Source of the DNA: a virus
Taxonomy: Duplodnaviria; Caudoviricetes
Virus record (IMG/VR): IMGVR_UViG_3300017647_000004
Location: 1-60,548 of that record
Direction: 5' to 3' (one strand)
Length of the DNA: 60,548 nt
Shown here in pieces: positions 10,437 to 20,765 of this stretch. Made by a program: the position numbers and the translations under genes. A model generated the notes under the pieces. The model was not told where the DNA came from and did not search any database. It worked only from the letters and a program-made list of their open reading frames with translations. The stretch's first letter is position 1; the number at the start of each line of letters is the position of its first letter.

Positions 10437-11252
10437 ATGGCAAACGAATATCTGAGTAACTTCGGCGGCCTCCCTGCCCGCCTGTACGAATTCATGATGG
10501 GCACCCAGGTCTGGCGCTACACGTCGGCGGACGAGGACTGGTTGTTCAATGGGCAGGTCTACACGTCCCCGCGCGGGGGTATTACGGATGGCGGCATGCG
10601 GCAGACTGAACAGGCCGACCAGGACTCGTTCGAGATCACTTGCTCGGACGCAGTAGCTATCGGCCCGATGTTCCGAGGCACGCCCCCGAGCAACACGATC
10701 TTCGTCACGGTACGAGAGGGCCAGTTCGGGACTGACGACGCCCCGGTCATCTGGGTCGGGGACGTGAGTGAGGTCGGCCAGACCCAGGTCAACCAATACA
10801 AGATCACTTGCTTTACGCTGTCCGCGTCGTTCAAGCGCAATGGTCTGCGGTTGTCCTGGGAGCGGAACTGCCACCACTACCTCTACGACCATCTCTGCAA
10901 AGTCAATAAGAACAACTTCGCGGTCACGGCGACGATCCAGGCCCTGGGCGGCACGTCTATCACGGCGGCCGCGTTTGCCGGCAAAGAGACTGGCTGGTTT
11001 GCGGGCGGCTTCGTTGAATGGGAGATATACCCAGGCACGTTCGAGCGACGCGGCATCGACCAACACTCAGGGTCCACCATTACGTTGATGGCCCTCACGG
11101 ACGGCCTCCAGGTAGGGCAGACGATCCGGGCCTACGCCGGCTGCAACCGCACGGCAAATGTGTGTTCCTCGAAGTTCAATAATCATCTAAACTACGGCGG
11201 TGATCCGAACCTGATGGGTAAAAGCCCCTTCGACGGCGACCCGGTTTTCTAG
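10437..11252 (+). CDS. DUF2163/BR0599-family minor tail (hub-associated, Cys-ligated Fe-S type) protein
   Basis: WRYTSAD, CHHYLYDHLC and C-terminal AGCNRTANVCSSKFNNHLNYGG motifs. Confidence 0.8.
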   Translation: MANEYLSNFGGLPARLYEFMMGTQVWRYTSADEDWLFNGQVYTSPRGGITDGGMRQTEQADQDSFEITCSDAVAIGPMFRGTPPSNTIFVTVREGQFGTDDAPVIWVGDVSEVGQTQVNQYKITCFTLSASFKRNGLRLSWERNCHHYLYDHLCKVNKNNFAVTATIQALGGTSITAAAFAGKETGWFAGGFVEWEIYPGTFERRGIDQHSGSTITLMALTDGLQVGQTIRAYAGCNRTANVCSSKFNNHLNYGGDPNLMGKSPFDGDPVF

Positions 11253-11260
11253 GAGAGGCA

Positions 11261-11497
11261 ATGTATACCTTGATCTACTACATCGTTGTCCTGATCGCTT
11301 CGTACTTCATCTCTCAGGCGACGGCGAAACGACCGCAAGACCAGAAACCTGCGGCGTTTTCCGATTTCGATTTTCCGCAGTACGACGAAGGCACCCCGCA
11401 ATGCGTCTTCTTCGGGGACAACTGGACACCTGACTGGATGGTCTTGACCTACGGGAATTTCAGGACCAAACCGATCAAGCGGAGCGGCGGCAAATGA
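11261..11497 (+). CDS. Small tail assembly protein
   Basis: Hydrophobic N-terminus, FDFP..EGTP..FGD motif, conserved position before tail tip gene; AGGAG RBS. Confidence 0.65.
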   Translation: MYTLIYYIVVLIASYFISQATAKRPQDQKPAAFSDFDFPQYDEGTPQCVFFGDNWTPDWMVLTYGNFRTKPIKRSGGK

Positions 11498-11748
11498 CGA
11501 CCCGAGAGTATGAACCCAACCGCGTCTACATGGCAGATGTGCGCGTAATCGAAACCGGGAGAAAGAAGCCCGGTTTTTGCGTAAAGGGGACGCGCGAATG
11601 GTGCGAACGGTACGGGTTCGATTTCAGGGAACTGGTACGCGGCGGACTGGATGCTGATGCGGTGCTTGCCACCGGAGACGCCTTCGCTGCGCGGGCGGTC
11701 GAACAAATGAGAAAGAGGGAACAAAATGGGCGGCGGGAAGAGCAGTAG
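11494..11748 (+). CDS. Small tail assembly protein
   Basis: FCVKGTREWCERYGFD motif typical of chi-like tail module; ATGA overlap. Confidence 0.65.
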   Translation: MTTREYEPNRVYMADVRVIETGRKKPGFCVKGTREWCERYGFDFRELVRGGLDADAVLATGDAFAARAVEQMRKREQNGRREEQ

Positions 11749-14098
11749 CGTCACTATCGGCTATCGGTACTACTTCGGCATCCACATGGGTTTGGGGCGT
11801 GGGCCGGTAGACCAACTCGTCGCCATTCGAGTGGGTGACCGTATCGCATGGCCGCTCGGCTGGGACGAGGTTACCGGCCATATCGAACAGACCGATCCTG
11901 TCACCGGGCTTCCCTTGCCGCCCATTCCGGTCTATACGCACCACCCTCCCCCGGACCCAATCGTTGGCAACCAGTCATTTAAAATCCGGGCCGGCGATCT
12001 GTTCGGAGGCGACAACGGCGAAGGGGGTATCGAGGGCACTTGCTGGGTCATGATGGGCGGGCCGGACCAGACCCCGGTTCAGCCGCTGGTGGATATGCTT
12101 GAAGGCGCTATCGTTCCCGGCTTTCGCGGGGTCGTCACGCTGTTCTACGACGGATTGGTTTGTTCCCTCAACCCGTACCCCAAACAATGGAAGATGCGCG
12201 TCCGGCGCTGGAGCAAAGGCTGGGATAACGACGATTGCTGGTATCCTGAAAAGGCGCTGATCCCCATGCGCTCCATTCATGTTCTGCCCAGCGATCCGTT
12301 CGACGTGTATGCCATGAACCCGGCGCACATGCTGCTGGAGTGCCTGACGAACCGAGATTGGGGGCGGGGTTTGCCGCGCAGCATGCTCAACGAAGAGAGT
12401 TTCGTATCGGCCGCCAACACGCTTTGCGATGAGGGGTTCGGTCTCTGCCTGCGCTGGGCGCGCCAAGACACGCTCCAGTCGTTTGTCGGCCAGATTCTCG
12501 ACCACATCGGCGCGGCGCTGTACGTTGATCGTGGCTCGGGCTTGATGACGCTCCGGCTGATCCGAGACGACTACCAGATAGAAGACTTGCCGCTCTTCAC
12601 CAAGAACTCCGGCCTGCTGGATATTGAGGAAGACGACGCCAGCGCGCGGGACAAGGCCCTGAACGAGGTCGTGGTCAAGTACCATGACCCGGTAGACGAC
12701 GAAGACCGACAGGTCCGCGTACAGAACATCGCCAACCTTCAGAGCGACGGGCAGGTATTCAGCGACACGCGCGATTACCCTGGATGCCCGAACGCTGAAC
12801 TGGCCCTACGTTTGGCACAGCGAGACCTTCGGGCGGAGTCGTACGGTCTCCGTCGCTTCAAGGTCAAGTTGGACCGACGCGCATTCAAGTTGGCTCCGGC
12901 AGCAGCCTTCCGCGTCTCCGACCCGTCGCGCGGCATCGACAATATGGTTCTGCGCTCCGGCCAGATCGTGGACGCCGACATCACCGATGGCTCGTTGACC
13001 ATCTCGGCCATCCAGGATGTCTTCGGATTCCCGATGACCAGCTACATCGATCCGCAGCCGGGCGGCTGGCAACCTCCGTCTTCCGACCCTGTACCCTCGC
13101 AGAATCGCCGCTACATGACGGTCCCGTACCGCGATCTGGCTCGCGTCATGTCTGCCCCCGATCTCGACTACCTGGATGATGCAATTGATTTCATGGGCGT
13201 CATGGCCTCCAAGCCGACGAGCACGGCGCTGAACTACCTTGTCCGGGCCTCGCATGACGGCGGCACCAGCTACGCGGATCACGGGTCGGGAGACTTCACC
13301 CCCACGGCTACGCTGAAGACTGGTATCGGCCACTACACGAAGAACATCACCGTCAACAACCCTGTCGATCTCGACTTGGTTGTCGTGGGCGAAATTGCTC
13401 TGATCGGGGAGGAACTGGTCGCCATCGAGTCCATCGACATCGAGAACAACAAGCTGCGCATCAAGCGCGGCGTCGCGGACACGATTCCTGCCAAGCACTT
13501 GGCCGGGGACCGTATATGGTTCTACGAGCAGTACAACGGCAACGACGAGACCGAGTACACGGACGGCGAAGATGTCGTTTACAAGCTGCTGACCCGTACC
13601 TCGTCGGCCACGCTGCCGGAGGCCAATGCCGCGCCGGACAATGCGACCGTAGCACAGCGCCATGCCCTGCCCTACCCGCCTGGGAACTTCCGCTTGAACG
13701 GCCAACGCTTCGGGGAGGCGGTACTGGCCGAGGGTGATCTGGTCATGTCCTGGGCGCACCGCGATAGGCTGATCGAGCAGGACCAACTGATCGCACATGA
13801 AGAAGGGGACATCGGGCCGGAGCCTGGAACCACCTACACGGTTCGGATCGTTGATCCGTCCGACGATACTGTCAAGCGCACGCAGGCCGGGATCACGGCC
13901 AACACCTGGACCTACACCGCCGCCGATATTCTGGCGGATTGGGGCACGCCGACCGGGGAACCAACCAACATGATTGTCGAGTTGGAGTCAGTCCGGGCGG
14001 GCTTAGTGTCCTGGCAGCAGTATCGCGTTACCATTCAGCACTATGATGTGTTCCCGGCCGGTTGGGGCTTCAACTGGGGCAATAACTTCGGAGGCTAA
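11726..14098 (+). CDS. Tail tip / central fibre (host specificity J-like) protein
   Basis: MGGGK start, GYRYYFGIHMG, FGGDNGEGG, NPYPK, MNPAH motifs. Confidence 0.8.
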   Translation: MGGGKSSSVTIGYRYYFGIHMGLGRGPVDQLVAIRVGDRIAWPLGWDEVTGHIEQTDPVTGLPLPPIPVYTHHPPPDPIVGNQSFKIRAGDLFGGDNGEGGIEGTCWVMMGGPDQTPVQPLVDMLEGAIVPGFRGVVTLFYDGLVCSLNPYPKQWKMRVRRWSKGWDNDDCWYPEKALIPMRSIHVLPSDPFDVYAMNPAHMLLECLTNRDWGRGLPRSMLNEESFVSAANTLCDEGFGLCLRWARQDTLQSFVGQILDHIGAALYVDRGSGLMTLRLIRDDYQIEDLPLFTKNSGLLDIEEDDASARDKALNEVVVKYHDPVDDEDRQVRVQNIANLQSDGQVFSDTRDYPGCPNAELALRLAQRDLRAESYGLRRFKVKLDRRAFKLAPAAAFRVSDPSRGIDNMVLRSGQIVDADITDGSLTISAIQDVFGFPMTSYIDPQPGGWQPPSSDPVPSQNRRYMTVPYRDLARVMSAPDLDYLDDAIDFMGVMASKPTSTALNYLVRASHDGGTSYADHGSGDFTPTATLKTGIGHYTKNITVNNPVDLDLVVVGEIALIGEELVAIESIDIENNKLRIKRGVADTIPAKHLAGDRIWFYEQYNGNDETEYTDGEDVVYKLLTRTSSATLPEANAAPDNATVAQRHALPYPPGNFRLNGQRFGEAVLAEGDLVMSWAHRDRLIEQDQLIAHEEGDIGPEPGTTYTVRIVDPSDDTVKRTQAGITANTWTYTAADILADWGTPTGEPTNMIVELESVRAGLVSWQQYRVTIQHYDVFPAGWGFNWGNNFGG
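13180..13193 (-). repeat. 14-bp dispersed motif copy (in tail tip gene)
   Basis: TGCAATTGATTTCA on + strand. Confidence 0.85.
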
Positions 14099-14099
14099 C

Positions 14100-17000
14100 A
14101 TGCCGCAAAAAACTGGCCCGAATCTGGGCATCTCGTACGGGTGGGACGATGCCGAAAGCGGCTGGGGCCAGCCCACCAACGAATCGCTGGTCTTGCTCGA
14201 CACGGTATCGCAGCTTTCCGTCCTGAGCATGACGACGCAGACCCCTCCGGCCTCGCCGAACGAGGGTGACCGCTATATCGTCCCTGCCGGCGCGACGGAC
14301 GCATGGGCGGGCCACACCAACGACATCGCGGTCTACCTGGACGATGCTTGGATATTTCTTCCCGCGAAGAAGGGCTGGTTTGCTCGCCTGTTGGCAGATG
14401 GCTCGCGTATCTGGTTCGATGGTAGCGCCTGGGTCGATGACGGTCAGGGAGGCGGCGGGGGAGACGGCATTCCCGAGGCTCCCATGGACGGTAAGCAGTA
14501 CGGCCGACAATCCGGTACATGGACCGAGATCACGGGCGGCGATCCTCCCCCTGCCCCTATCGAGACGGAGAGCGTCTGGCGCGGTCCGGGCTTTGGCGTC
14601 GTCACGACGGCCAACTCCGGCGCGGCGCATCTCGGCCTCCGTAAGACCGGCGTCGTAGCCTTTTACGGTACTTCGGTTTTCTCCGGCGCGAATAGCGACT
14701 ACGCGGACATGGAAACGGGTATCGACGATATCCCGGCGCTGTCCGACATCATTGCGGTATACGGCAGCAACGACTTTTCTGCCATCTCCACGGATGCTGA
14801 GGGCTGCACCGTTTACGCACTCGCTCTACGAGCCGATCACTCGGTTGTCGCCTGGGGCAACAAGCATCTCCCGGCGAACTACGCGATCACGCCTCCGGCA
14901 GTCACGGATGCTGTAGGTGCTGCGGCTGGCGCGTACGCTTATGGCATCGTCCACGAAGACGGCACCGTCTCCACGTATCTCGTCAACAGCGAGAGCACGG
15001 CTACGTGGCACGAACCCCCCAGTGGCCTATCCGGCGTCCAGGGCCTCGTCGCCTTGAACAAATGCTTCCTGGCCCTCAAGACTGACGGCTCCCTGGTAGC
15101 CTGGGGAGACTCCAGCGACTCTGCTGCTGCCTCCTTCCTTGACATCCCCAGCGGTATCGGGCCGGTAGCCCGGATATCTGCTATCAACCACTACTCTGCA
15201 CAGTATGGCGTTGTCCTGATCCTCCAGGACGGGACGGCCATCGCGTACGGGGGCCAGTTGTCTTCAAACACAATCCTGTCCACGCTGTCTGGCGTAAAGG
15301 ATGCCGTCGATTTTGGTGGGGCGGCGACGCTTTGGGTAGATACCTCGGGCGTACTGCATGCGGAAGACCCCTCTATCGTTCTCCCGGCCTTGGGGATGGA
15401 CCCCTCATCGTACCCGATCAGCGACGCGGTGGTACTGCAAACCCTGTCCACCAATCCGGCCAGCATGGGTCTGGGAATGGCGGTACTCCGGGCCAATGCG
15501 GATGTCCACGTCTATTCTAGCGCCGAGACCGGAGAGTTTCCGATTTCTGGAGGCTATCATGTCCCCGGCGCAAACATCGTCCGAGAGGTTCCTGAACCCG
15601 TATACGAAGCCCCGGATAGCGGAGGCACGTACGCTCGCAAGAACAAGACTTGGATGCGTATCGACACGCTGTATGCGTCGGCCGCTACGTTCGACGCCGC
15701 CACGGGTATTTTGCAATTGATTGCAAAGGACGGTTCTGTTCTCTCGTCCATGAACGTCGGCTCTCCGCTTCCGCCCATCTCGCATACGCAGCAGGGAGCG
15801 CCCGGGGCTGGAAAGATTTTCCCGGCCGGACAGCGCATGCTGACGCCTGCCGGACAGTTGCTGAATGGCGCGGGGACTCCCTCCACCAGCCCGACGAAGC
15901 CCGTTCAGGCAGCTTTGCTCCTGGGTTCCTATAGCTTCGATCCTCAGTTCTTCAGCTATCAGGACGGGACCACGGCAGTCGTGGGCGGCAGTAGCTATCC
16001 CCTCGCCACCGGATACCCCGCCGGGCTAAAAGACATCGCAATGTTCGCTGCGGTCGATGGTTACCACCCCGGCGCGGCAGTAGATATTTTCGGCACGCTG
16101 CATGTCTGGAACAACGATGTTCCGTCGTACTACTATCCCTGGCAGTTCCCGGCAGGGTTCGACTACAGCAATGTCGCCGCCGTCGCCGCTTCGCAGACCT
16201 GCTTGCTGGTTCTCCGCAAGACGGGGCGCGTTGATCTGGTCCCTGGTCTCGGCACGACGCACACCCCACTGACCGACGACTGGAAGGGCATCGTTGCTGT
16301 CGCCGCCGCTGGCTATATGTTCATGGCCCTGCGTTCTGACGGTAAGGTGTTGGTAGGCGGGAGTTCCAGCAACCTCGTTCAGGAGATGATCGACGACATC
16401 CCTACGGATGTACGGTTCAAGTCGATAGCCATGACCCCTCAGATCGCCTTCGGCGTTACGACTGCCGGCGAAGTACGGGCCTGGGGAGACCTGAGCTATG
16501 ACACCACGTACCACATCGCCACTATTCCCACCGGGTTGCCGGAGGTTCTGTCGATCTCTGTAGACTCGAACACGGCTGTCGTTATCCTGAAGGACAGCAC
16601 GGTAACTTCGTGGGGTTACTACGGCTATTTTCCTCAAACCTGGGCGGCCGGCGCAAAGGTCTTCTACCCGTACCGCGATCCGCTCATCGCGGCCGACTAC
16701 AACCCCGAGACGGGGCAGTTGAGCCTGACTGACACCCAGGGGGCTGTATCGTCTCAGATGCTGCCGCCGCGAACCCGCGTAACGCGCGGACTGGCCCGCC
16801 AGGGCAACACCCTGACGTACGGGAATGTGACCTCGGCCGGAGAGGACCAGAAGACTATCGACCTGGGCGACCTCTCGGTAACCAATATCGACAAGTTCGA
16901 GCCGAACAGTCCGAACGAGTTGGCGCTTGACCCTGTAGTCGTTGGCTCCGCCAATCCGGCCTCGGCGTCCCCGCGTTCCGGCGCGGTAATTGCGGGCGGC

Positions 17001-18281
17001 GCGGCCATCCTGAACGGAGCAACGGAATTCACCGTATTCGTCCGTCTGAAGACCAAGGCCACGTCCTCCCCGCCGACCAACACGATGTTCGACATCGGCC
17101 AAAGCGGGTCGGGGTACGGCGCGGTCTACTTCAGCTATTCGATCCTCAGCGGAATGGTCAATCCCTACCTGTTCATCAACGGTTCGGCAGTCTCGTTCTC
17201 TCCAGGCGGTATCGTCGCTGACCCGGGGAACGATGTCTGGCTGAACGCTTTTGCGCGTGGCAAGAGCGCGACCAAACTCGCTATCGACTTCCTGGGCGTT
17301 CACGCCGAGAAACAGATCACGCAGACGTTCACGGACCCCGGCACGGCAAACAGCTATATAGGCATTGGCACGCGCCACGATGATAATTCGTCGTTCCGCT
17401 CGGCCTGCCAGTACGGCCGCGTGGCCGTATACAACCGCTACCTGACGGATTCCGAGATTGCCGCTCTGGATGCTGGCGCGGAGCCGGACACCATCTCCGG
17501 CCTTGTCGGCTTCTGGGGGCGGACGCCTCCCGGCGCAACGGCCATGAAAAGCCAAGTCTCTGGCGTGCCGGACGCCCCGCCCACGGCTACGGGAGCTATG
17601 GTGGACGGTACGGATATCCGCCCTGGCGCGGCCGTGATTGTCGGCCCCGCACCTACCGGAGATTTTGCCGGGCAAGCCGGCAAGTATGCCCGTCTGGGTA
17701 GCGGCTCTTGGGTCTTCAGCACCCCGGCGCGCGGTTGGATGGTGCGGCTCAAGGGCACGGACCTCTACTACGAGCATACCGGGGGGAAGTGGCAGCTTCT
17801 GGGCGGGGGTGGAGATGCTGGAGGCAAGGTTGCCACGGTCGCGTCGGCCTCTGGCGTTCTCGACCTGTCAGCGCTGCCTGACGGCACTGATACCGTCGTC
17901 GTTGAATTGTCCGAAAACATCACGGCGATCACGTTGCCCTCCGGGGAAGCTGGCAAGCGTGCGGACCTGCTGATCCAGTTCATCAATACCGAGGACAACT
18001 ACACGGTTGCCGGCTGGCCCAGCGTCGCGGTCGAGGGCGGCGGGGAGGTTCCTGCGGTCTCTGGTGGCGATGGCGTCATGACGCAGTTCGCCTTGACCAA
18101 CCTGGATAACCAGGGATGGTTCATGTACGCCAGCAACGGGCGCGTCGTCACGCTCGATGCTGACCCGACCACCGACGAGATCGCAGACGGCACCTTCGGC
18201 GTCTTCCACAACAGCACCAGTGGCGACACCAAGCTCTGGGCCAATGTGGGCGGCACGCTGAAAAGCGTTGCGCTCACCTAG
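14100..18281 (+). CDS. Modular tail fibre: DUF2793-like N-terminus, RCC1-like repeats, ConA/LamG-like domain
   Basis: PNEGDRYIVPAGATDAWAG (DUF2793-like); repeated ALxxDGxxxAWG units; two EAPxDG/SG..Y.R....W linkers; AVYNRYLTDSEI. Confidence 0.75.
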   Translation: MPQKTGPNLGISYGWDDAESGWGQPTNESLVLLDTVSQLSVLSMTTQTPPASPNEGDRYIVPAGATDAWAGHTNDIAVYLDDAWIFLPAKKGWFARLLADGSRIWFDGSAWVDDGQGGGGGDGIPEAPMDGKQYGRQSGTWTEITGGDPPPAPIETESVWRGPGFGVVTTANSGAAHLGLRKTGVVAFYGTSVFSGANSDYADMETGIDDIPALSDIIAVYGSNDFSAISTDAEGCTVYALALRADHSVVAWGNKHLPANYAITPPAVTDAVGAAAGAYAYGIVHEDGTVSTYLVNSESTATWHEPPSGLSGVQGLVALNKCFLALKTDGSLVAWGDSSDSAAASFLDIPSGIGPVARISAINHYSAQYGVVLILQDGTAIAYGGQLSSNTILSTLSGVKDAVDFGGAATLWVDTSGVLHAEDPSIVLPALGMDPSSYPISDAVVLQTLSTNPASMGLGMAVLRANADVHVYSSAETGEFPISGGYHVPGANIVREVPEPVYEAPDSGGTYARKNKTWMRIDTLYASAATFDAATGILQLIAKDGSVLSSMNVGSPLPPISHTQQGAPGAGKIFPAGQRMLTPAGQLLNGAGTPSTSPTKPVQAALLLGSYSFDPQFFSYQDGTTAVVGGSSYPLATGYPAGLKDIAMFAAVDGYHPGAAVDIFGTLHVWNNDVPSYYYPWQFPAGFDYSNVAAVAASQTCLLVLRKTGRVDLVPGLGTTHTPLTDDWKGIVAVAAAGYMFMALRSDGKVLVGGSSSNLVQEMIDDIPTDVRFKSIAMTPQIAFGVTTAGEVRAWGDLSYDTTYHIATIPTGLPEVLSISVDSNTAVVILKDSTVTSWGYYGYFPQTWAAGAKVFYPYRDPLIAADYNPETGQLSLTDTQGAVSSQMLPPRTRVTRGLARQGNTLTYGNVTSAGEDQKTIDLGDLSVTNIDKFEPNSPNELALDPVVVGSANPASASPRSGAVIAGGAAILNGATEFTVFVRLKTKATSSPPTNTMFDIGQSGSGYGAVYFSYSILSGMVNPYLFINGSAVSFSPGGIVADPGNDVWLNAFARGKSATKLAIDFLGVHAEKQITQTFTDPGTANSYIGIGTRHDDNSSFRSACQYGRVAVYNRYLTDSEIAALDAGAEPDTISGLVGFWGRTPPGATAMKSQVSGVPDAPPTATGAMVDGTDIRPGAAVIVGPAPTGDFAGQAGKYARLGSGSWVFSTPARGWMVRLKGTDLYYEHTGGKWQLLGGGGDAGGKVATVASASGVLDLSALPDGTDTVVVELSENITAITLPSGEAGKRADLLIQFINTEDNYTVAGWPSVAVEGGGEVPAVSGGDGVMTQFALTNLDNQGWFMYASNGRVVTLDADPTTDEIADGTFGVFHNSTSGDTKLWANVGGTLKSVALT
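15712..15725 (-). repeat. 14-bp dispersed motif copy (in tail fibre)
   Basis: TGCAATTGATTGCA on + strand. Confidence 0.9.
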
Positions 18282-18291
18282 GGAGGTAGTC

Positions 18292-18996
18292 ATGCTTCCC
18301 AACGCCATCCTCAACAAAGCATCTGGAGCGACCTTCATCATGGGCGGGAAAATACCTTGGATAGCGGATGCCTCGCTAGAGCAATATCAGGCCACATCGA
18401 CGACCTGCACCATGCCGGTTCCTGCGGGGACCAAGGTAGGGGACTTGCTCGTATGCGCTTTGCTCCATCGCGGTACGCTGACCCCGCCTTCGGGTTGGGT
18501 GTTGGCGAAAACCGCAGGCGGGGACGTAGACGGGTCAACGTCGCAATGGTGCAGCATGTATACCAAGACGGCGGATGCGGGAGACCTCGGGCAAACTCGC
18601 ACCTGGACGCAAAGCGTTAGCGGCAGAATCTCGACTTGCTGCGTGGCGATTCGCGGATGGAAGACTGGAGTAATCGCGTCCCAGGGGGTAGTTCAGGCGA
18701 CGGCAAACTCCATGGCGATGGCTGGACTCACGGCGGACGGGCCTTTTGTCGGCATCAGCGCCTTGGCCTCCGTCTACGCGCTCTCCAACGCCTCCACAGG
18801 CATGAACCAACCGGATGGATGGGCTGTTCTGTCTCGCGCTGTTCGCTTCGACGCCGGCAGTAATCCTTGTCGGTTCATCATGGTGGGGAAACACTTCCTC
18901 GACAAAGAGCCGTACACGCTTGCCGGCAATTACACCTACACGGGCGTCAACGCAGCGGCCAATGCCGCCCAGAGCGTTACCGTCGCTATTCAGTAG
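18292..18996 (+). CDS. Hypothetical beta-rich tail-associated protein
   Basis: ATG 18292 after GGGAGG; PAGTKVGDLL..TPPSGW motif common in virion accessory proteins. Confidence 0.6.
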   Translation: MLPNAILNKASGATFIMGGKIPWIADASLEQYQATSTTCTMPVPAGTKVGDLLVCALLHRGTLTPPSGWVLAKTAGGDVDGSTSQWCSMYTKTADAGDLGQTRTWTQSVSGRISTCCVAIRGWKTGVIASQGVVQATANSMAMAGLTADGPFVGISALASVYALSNASTGMNQPDGWAVLSRAVRFDAGSNPCRFIMVGKHFLDKEPYTLAGNYTYTGVNAAANAAQSVTVAIQ

Positions 18997-19004
18997 CCCG
19001 ATTT

Positions 19005-19018
19005 TGAAATTGATTGCA
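19005..19018 (-). repeat. 14-bp dispersed motif copy (intergenic)
   Basis: TGAAATTGATTGCA on + strand. Confidence 0.9.
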
Positions 19019-19075
19019 AACGCGCTGGGCTTTACACTGCCGGCCAACCCTTTGTGTCTCTACTAGGAGAGGACC

Positions 19076-19558
19076 ATGAGCCTGACTGTCATCCGGGGAT
19101 CGAAACTCGGCGTACCGTTCATCCACGCGCTCGACGAGAACGGCAACAATGTTGCCCTCGTCGCGCTGCATCCCGACACCATCGACGCCCTCAATGCTGG
19201 GGGCGGCGGGGGCGGAGGCGTTCCCAATCCTCTCCCGGTTACCGGCCCTCTGACGGATGATGAATTGCGCGCTGCGCCGCTCGACGTGAACATGACGGCG
19301 GACGATCCGATCCCGGTTACGCTGCCCGCCAAGACCTCGCTCACGGCGGCGGTCACGGCCAGCACCACGACGGGGAACACCACAGCCGGCGCTCGCATGG
19401 TCAGCTTCCAGAATACGGGCACGGCGAACGCTACTGTCGCGGGCGGCACGCTGCCTCCCGGACAAACACTCACCTTCGAGGCCCCCAGCGATGCGACCAT
19501 CGGTGCGATTTCGTACGTCGCCACCGGCACGACGTTGCTCATCGCTACCCTGTCGTAA
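19076..19558 (+). CDS. Hypothetical virion accessory protein
   Basis: AGGAGAGG RBS; VTGPLTDDELRA motif; poly-Gly linker. Confidence 0.6.
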   Translation: MSLTVIRGSKLGVPFIHALDENGNNVALVALHPDTIDALNAGGGGGGGVPNPLPVTGPLTDDELRAAPLDVNMTADDPIPVTLPAKTSLTAAVTASTTTGNTTAGARMVSFQNTGTANATVAGGTLPPGQTLTFEAPSDATIGAISYVATGTTLLIATLS

Positions 19559-19628
19559 GGGGCACTACCCGAGCCGGCACCGCCTACAGCGACCCGGACC
19601 CACCATCTCTAGAATTTGAGGTATTAGC

Positions 19629-20765
19629 ATGAGCGGATTCTCTTCTGGCATTGTTTCGCAAATTCAGGCTGGCGAAAACGTCGAGGTCGATAGCACCAAT
19701 GCTGCGCGTCCGAAAATCTCCGCCACGGGCGGCGGGGGCGGCGGGGGCGCTCTCGCCCCCTTCCGGGGCGCGCGGATAACGCAGTCCGCCACGCAAACGT
19801 ACAGCACGACGAGTGCGTGGTTCGACATGCGTTTCGATACGGAAGTATTCGACACGGACGATCTCTGGGATGCGACCAACCCGAACCAGTTCACCGTCCC
19901 GGAGGGCGTAACCAAGGTGGAGTTGATCGGTCTGGTGCAAGGGATCAACATGACCACCGTCCCCTCTAACCAGTTCATCTTCTGGAAAAACAGCTCTTCG
20001 CTGGACGCCGTAAACCAACTCACGAGCAGCGGTTATTCCAATCCGGGTCTCCAGATATCCACGGGGCCTGTTGATGTCGTTGCTGGGGACATCCTGCGGC
20101 TGCGCGGCTACCTCAGTGCGAGCGCTCAAATAGCCCGGGCCAGTATGGTGATAAAGATTCTGGAGTTCACCAATACGAACGCCAGAACCCGCGATCTTTT
20201 GGATGTCACCGCCACGGCCCCGCAAGACGGTCAAGTTCTCGTCTACGATGCTGCCTCCAGTAAGTATGTCCCTGGCACCCCGCAGGTCGCCATCCCGCAA
20301 GATCAGGGCCTGAACAAGTCATTCAAGGGGGCGATGGTTCGGTGGTCAGCCGACAAGAGCCTTACGGCTCCGGTACTGCCCGTAAGCTGGGATGCAGCGA
20401 TGTACGATACCGACAGTTTCTGGTCCGTAGCGTCCCCCTCCCGTTTTACGATTCCGGCCGGGGTCACGAAGATTCGCCTTATGGCCCGGATAGGCTTCGC
20501 CGCCGGACAAGCAACAAAAGGCAATGGTCGCGTTGTCCAATTCATGAAGAATGGGGCAATCGGCGCGGAGCCAGGGGTAGCAGGCACCAGCGACGCCACC
20601 GGGTACACGGATGGCGGGGCCTCCGCGATCACCCCTGTGCTACAGGTCCAGGCCGGCGACTATTTCGAGGTCCGGTACAATACGCAGGAATCCGGCGCGA
20701 AGACGTACGCCAACGCTTCGTCGTTCTTCTCCATCGAGGTTCTGGAAACCACGGAGGTCGTATGA
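19629..20765 (+). CDS. Tail-associated protein with two C1q/TNF-like beta domains
   Basis: Internal duplication: FRGA..FDTE.FDTD..W..TNPNQFTVPEG vs FKGA..WDAAMYDTD..W..SPSRFTIPAG. Confidence 0.6.
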   Translation: MSGFSSGIVSQIQAGENVEVDSTNAARPKISATGGGGGGGALAPFRGARITQSATQTYSTTSAWFDMRFDTEVFDTDDLWDATNPNQFTVPEGVTKVELIGLVQGINMTTVPSNQFIFWKNSSSLDAVNQLTSSGYSNPGLQISTGPVDVVAGDILRLRGYLSASAQIARASMVIKILEFTNTNARTRDLLDVTATAPQDGQVLVYDAASSKYVPGTPQVAIPQDQGLNKSFKGAMVRWSADKSLTAPVLPVSWDAAMYDTDSFWSVASPSRFTIPAGVTKIRLMARIGFAAGQATKGNGRVVQFMKNGAIGAEPGVAGTSDATGYTDGGASAITPVLQVQAGDYFEVRYNTQESGAKTYANASSFFSIEVLETTEVV

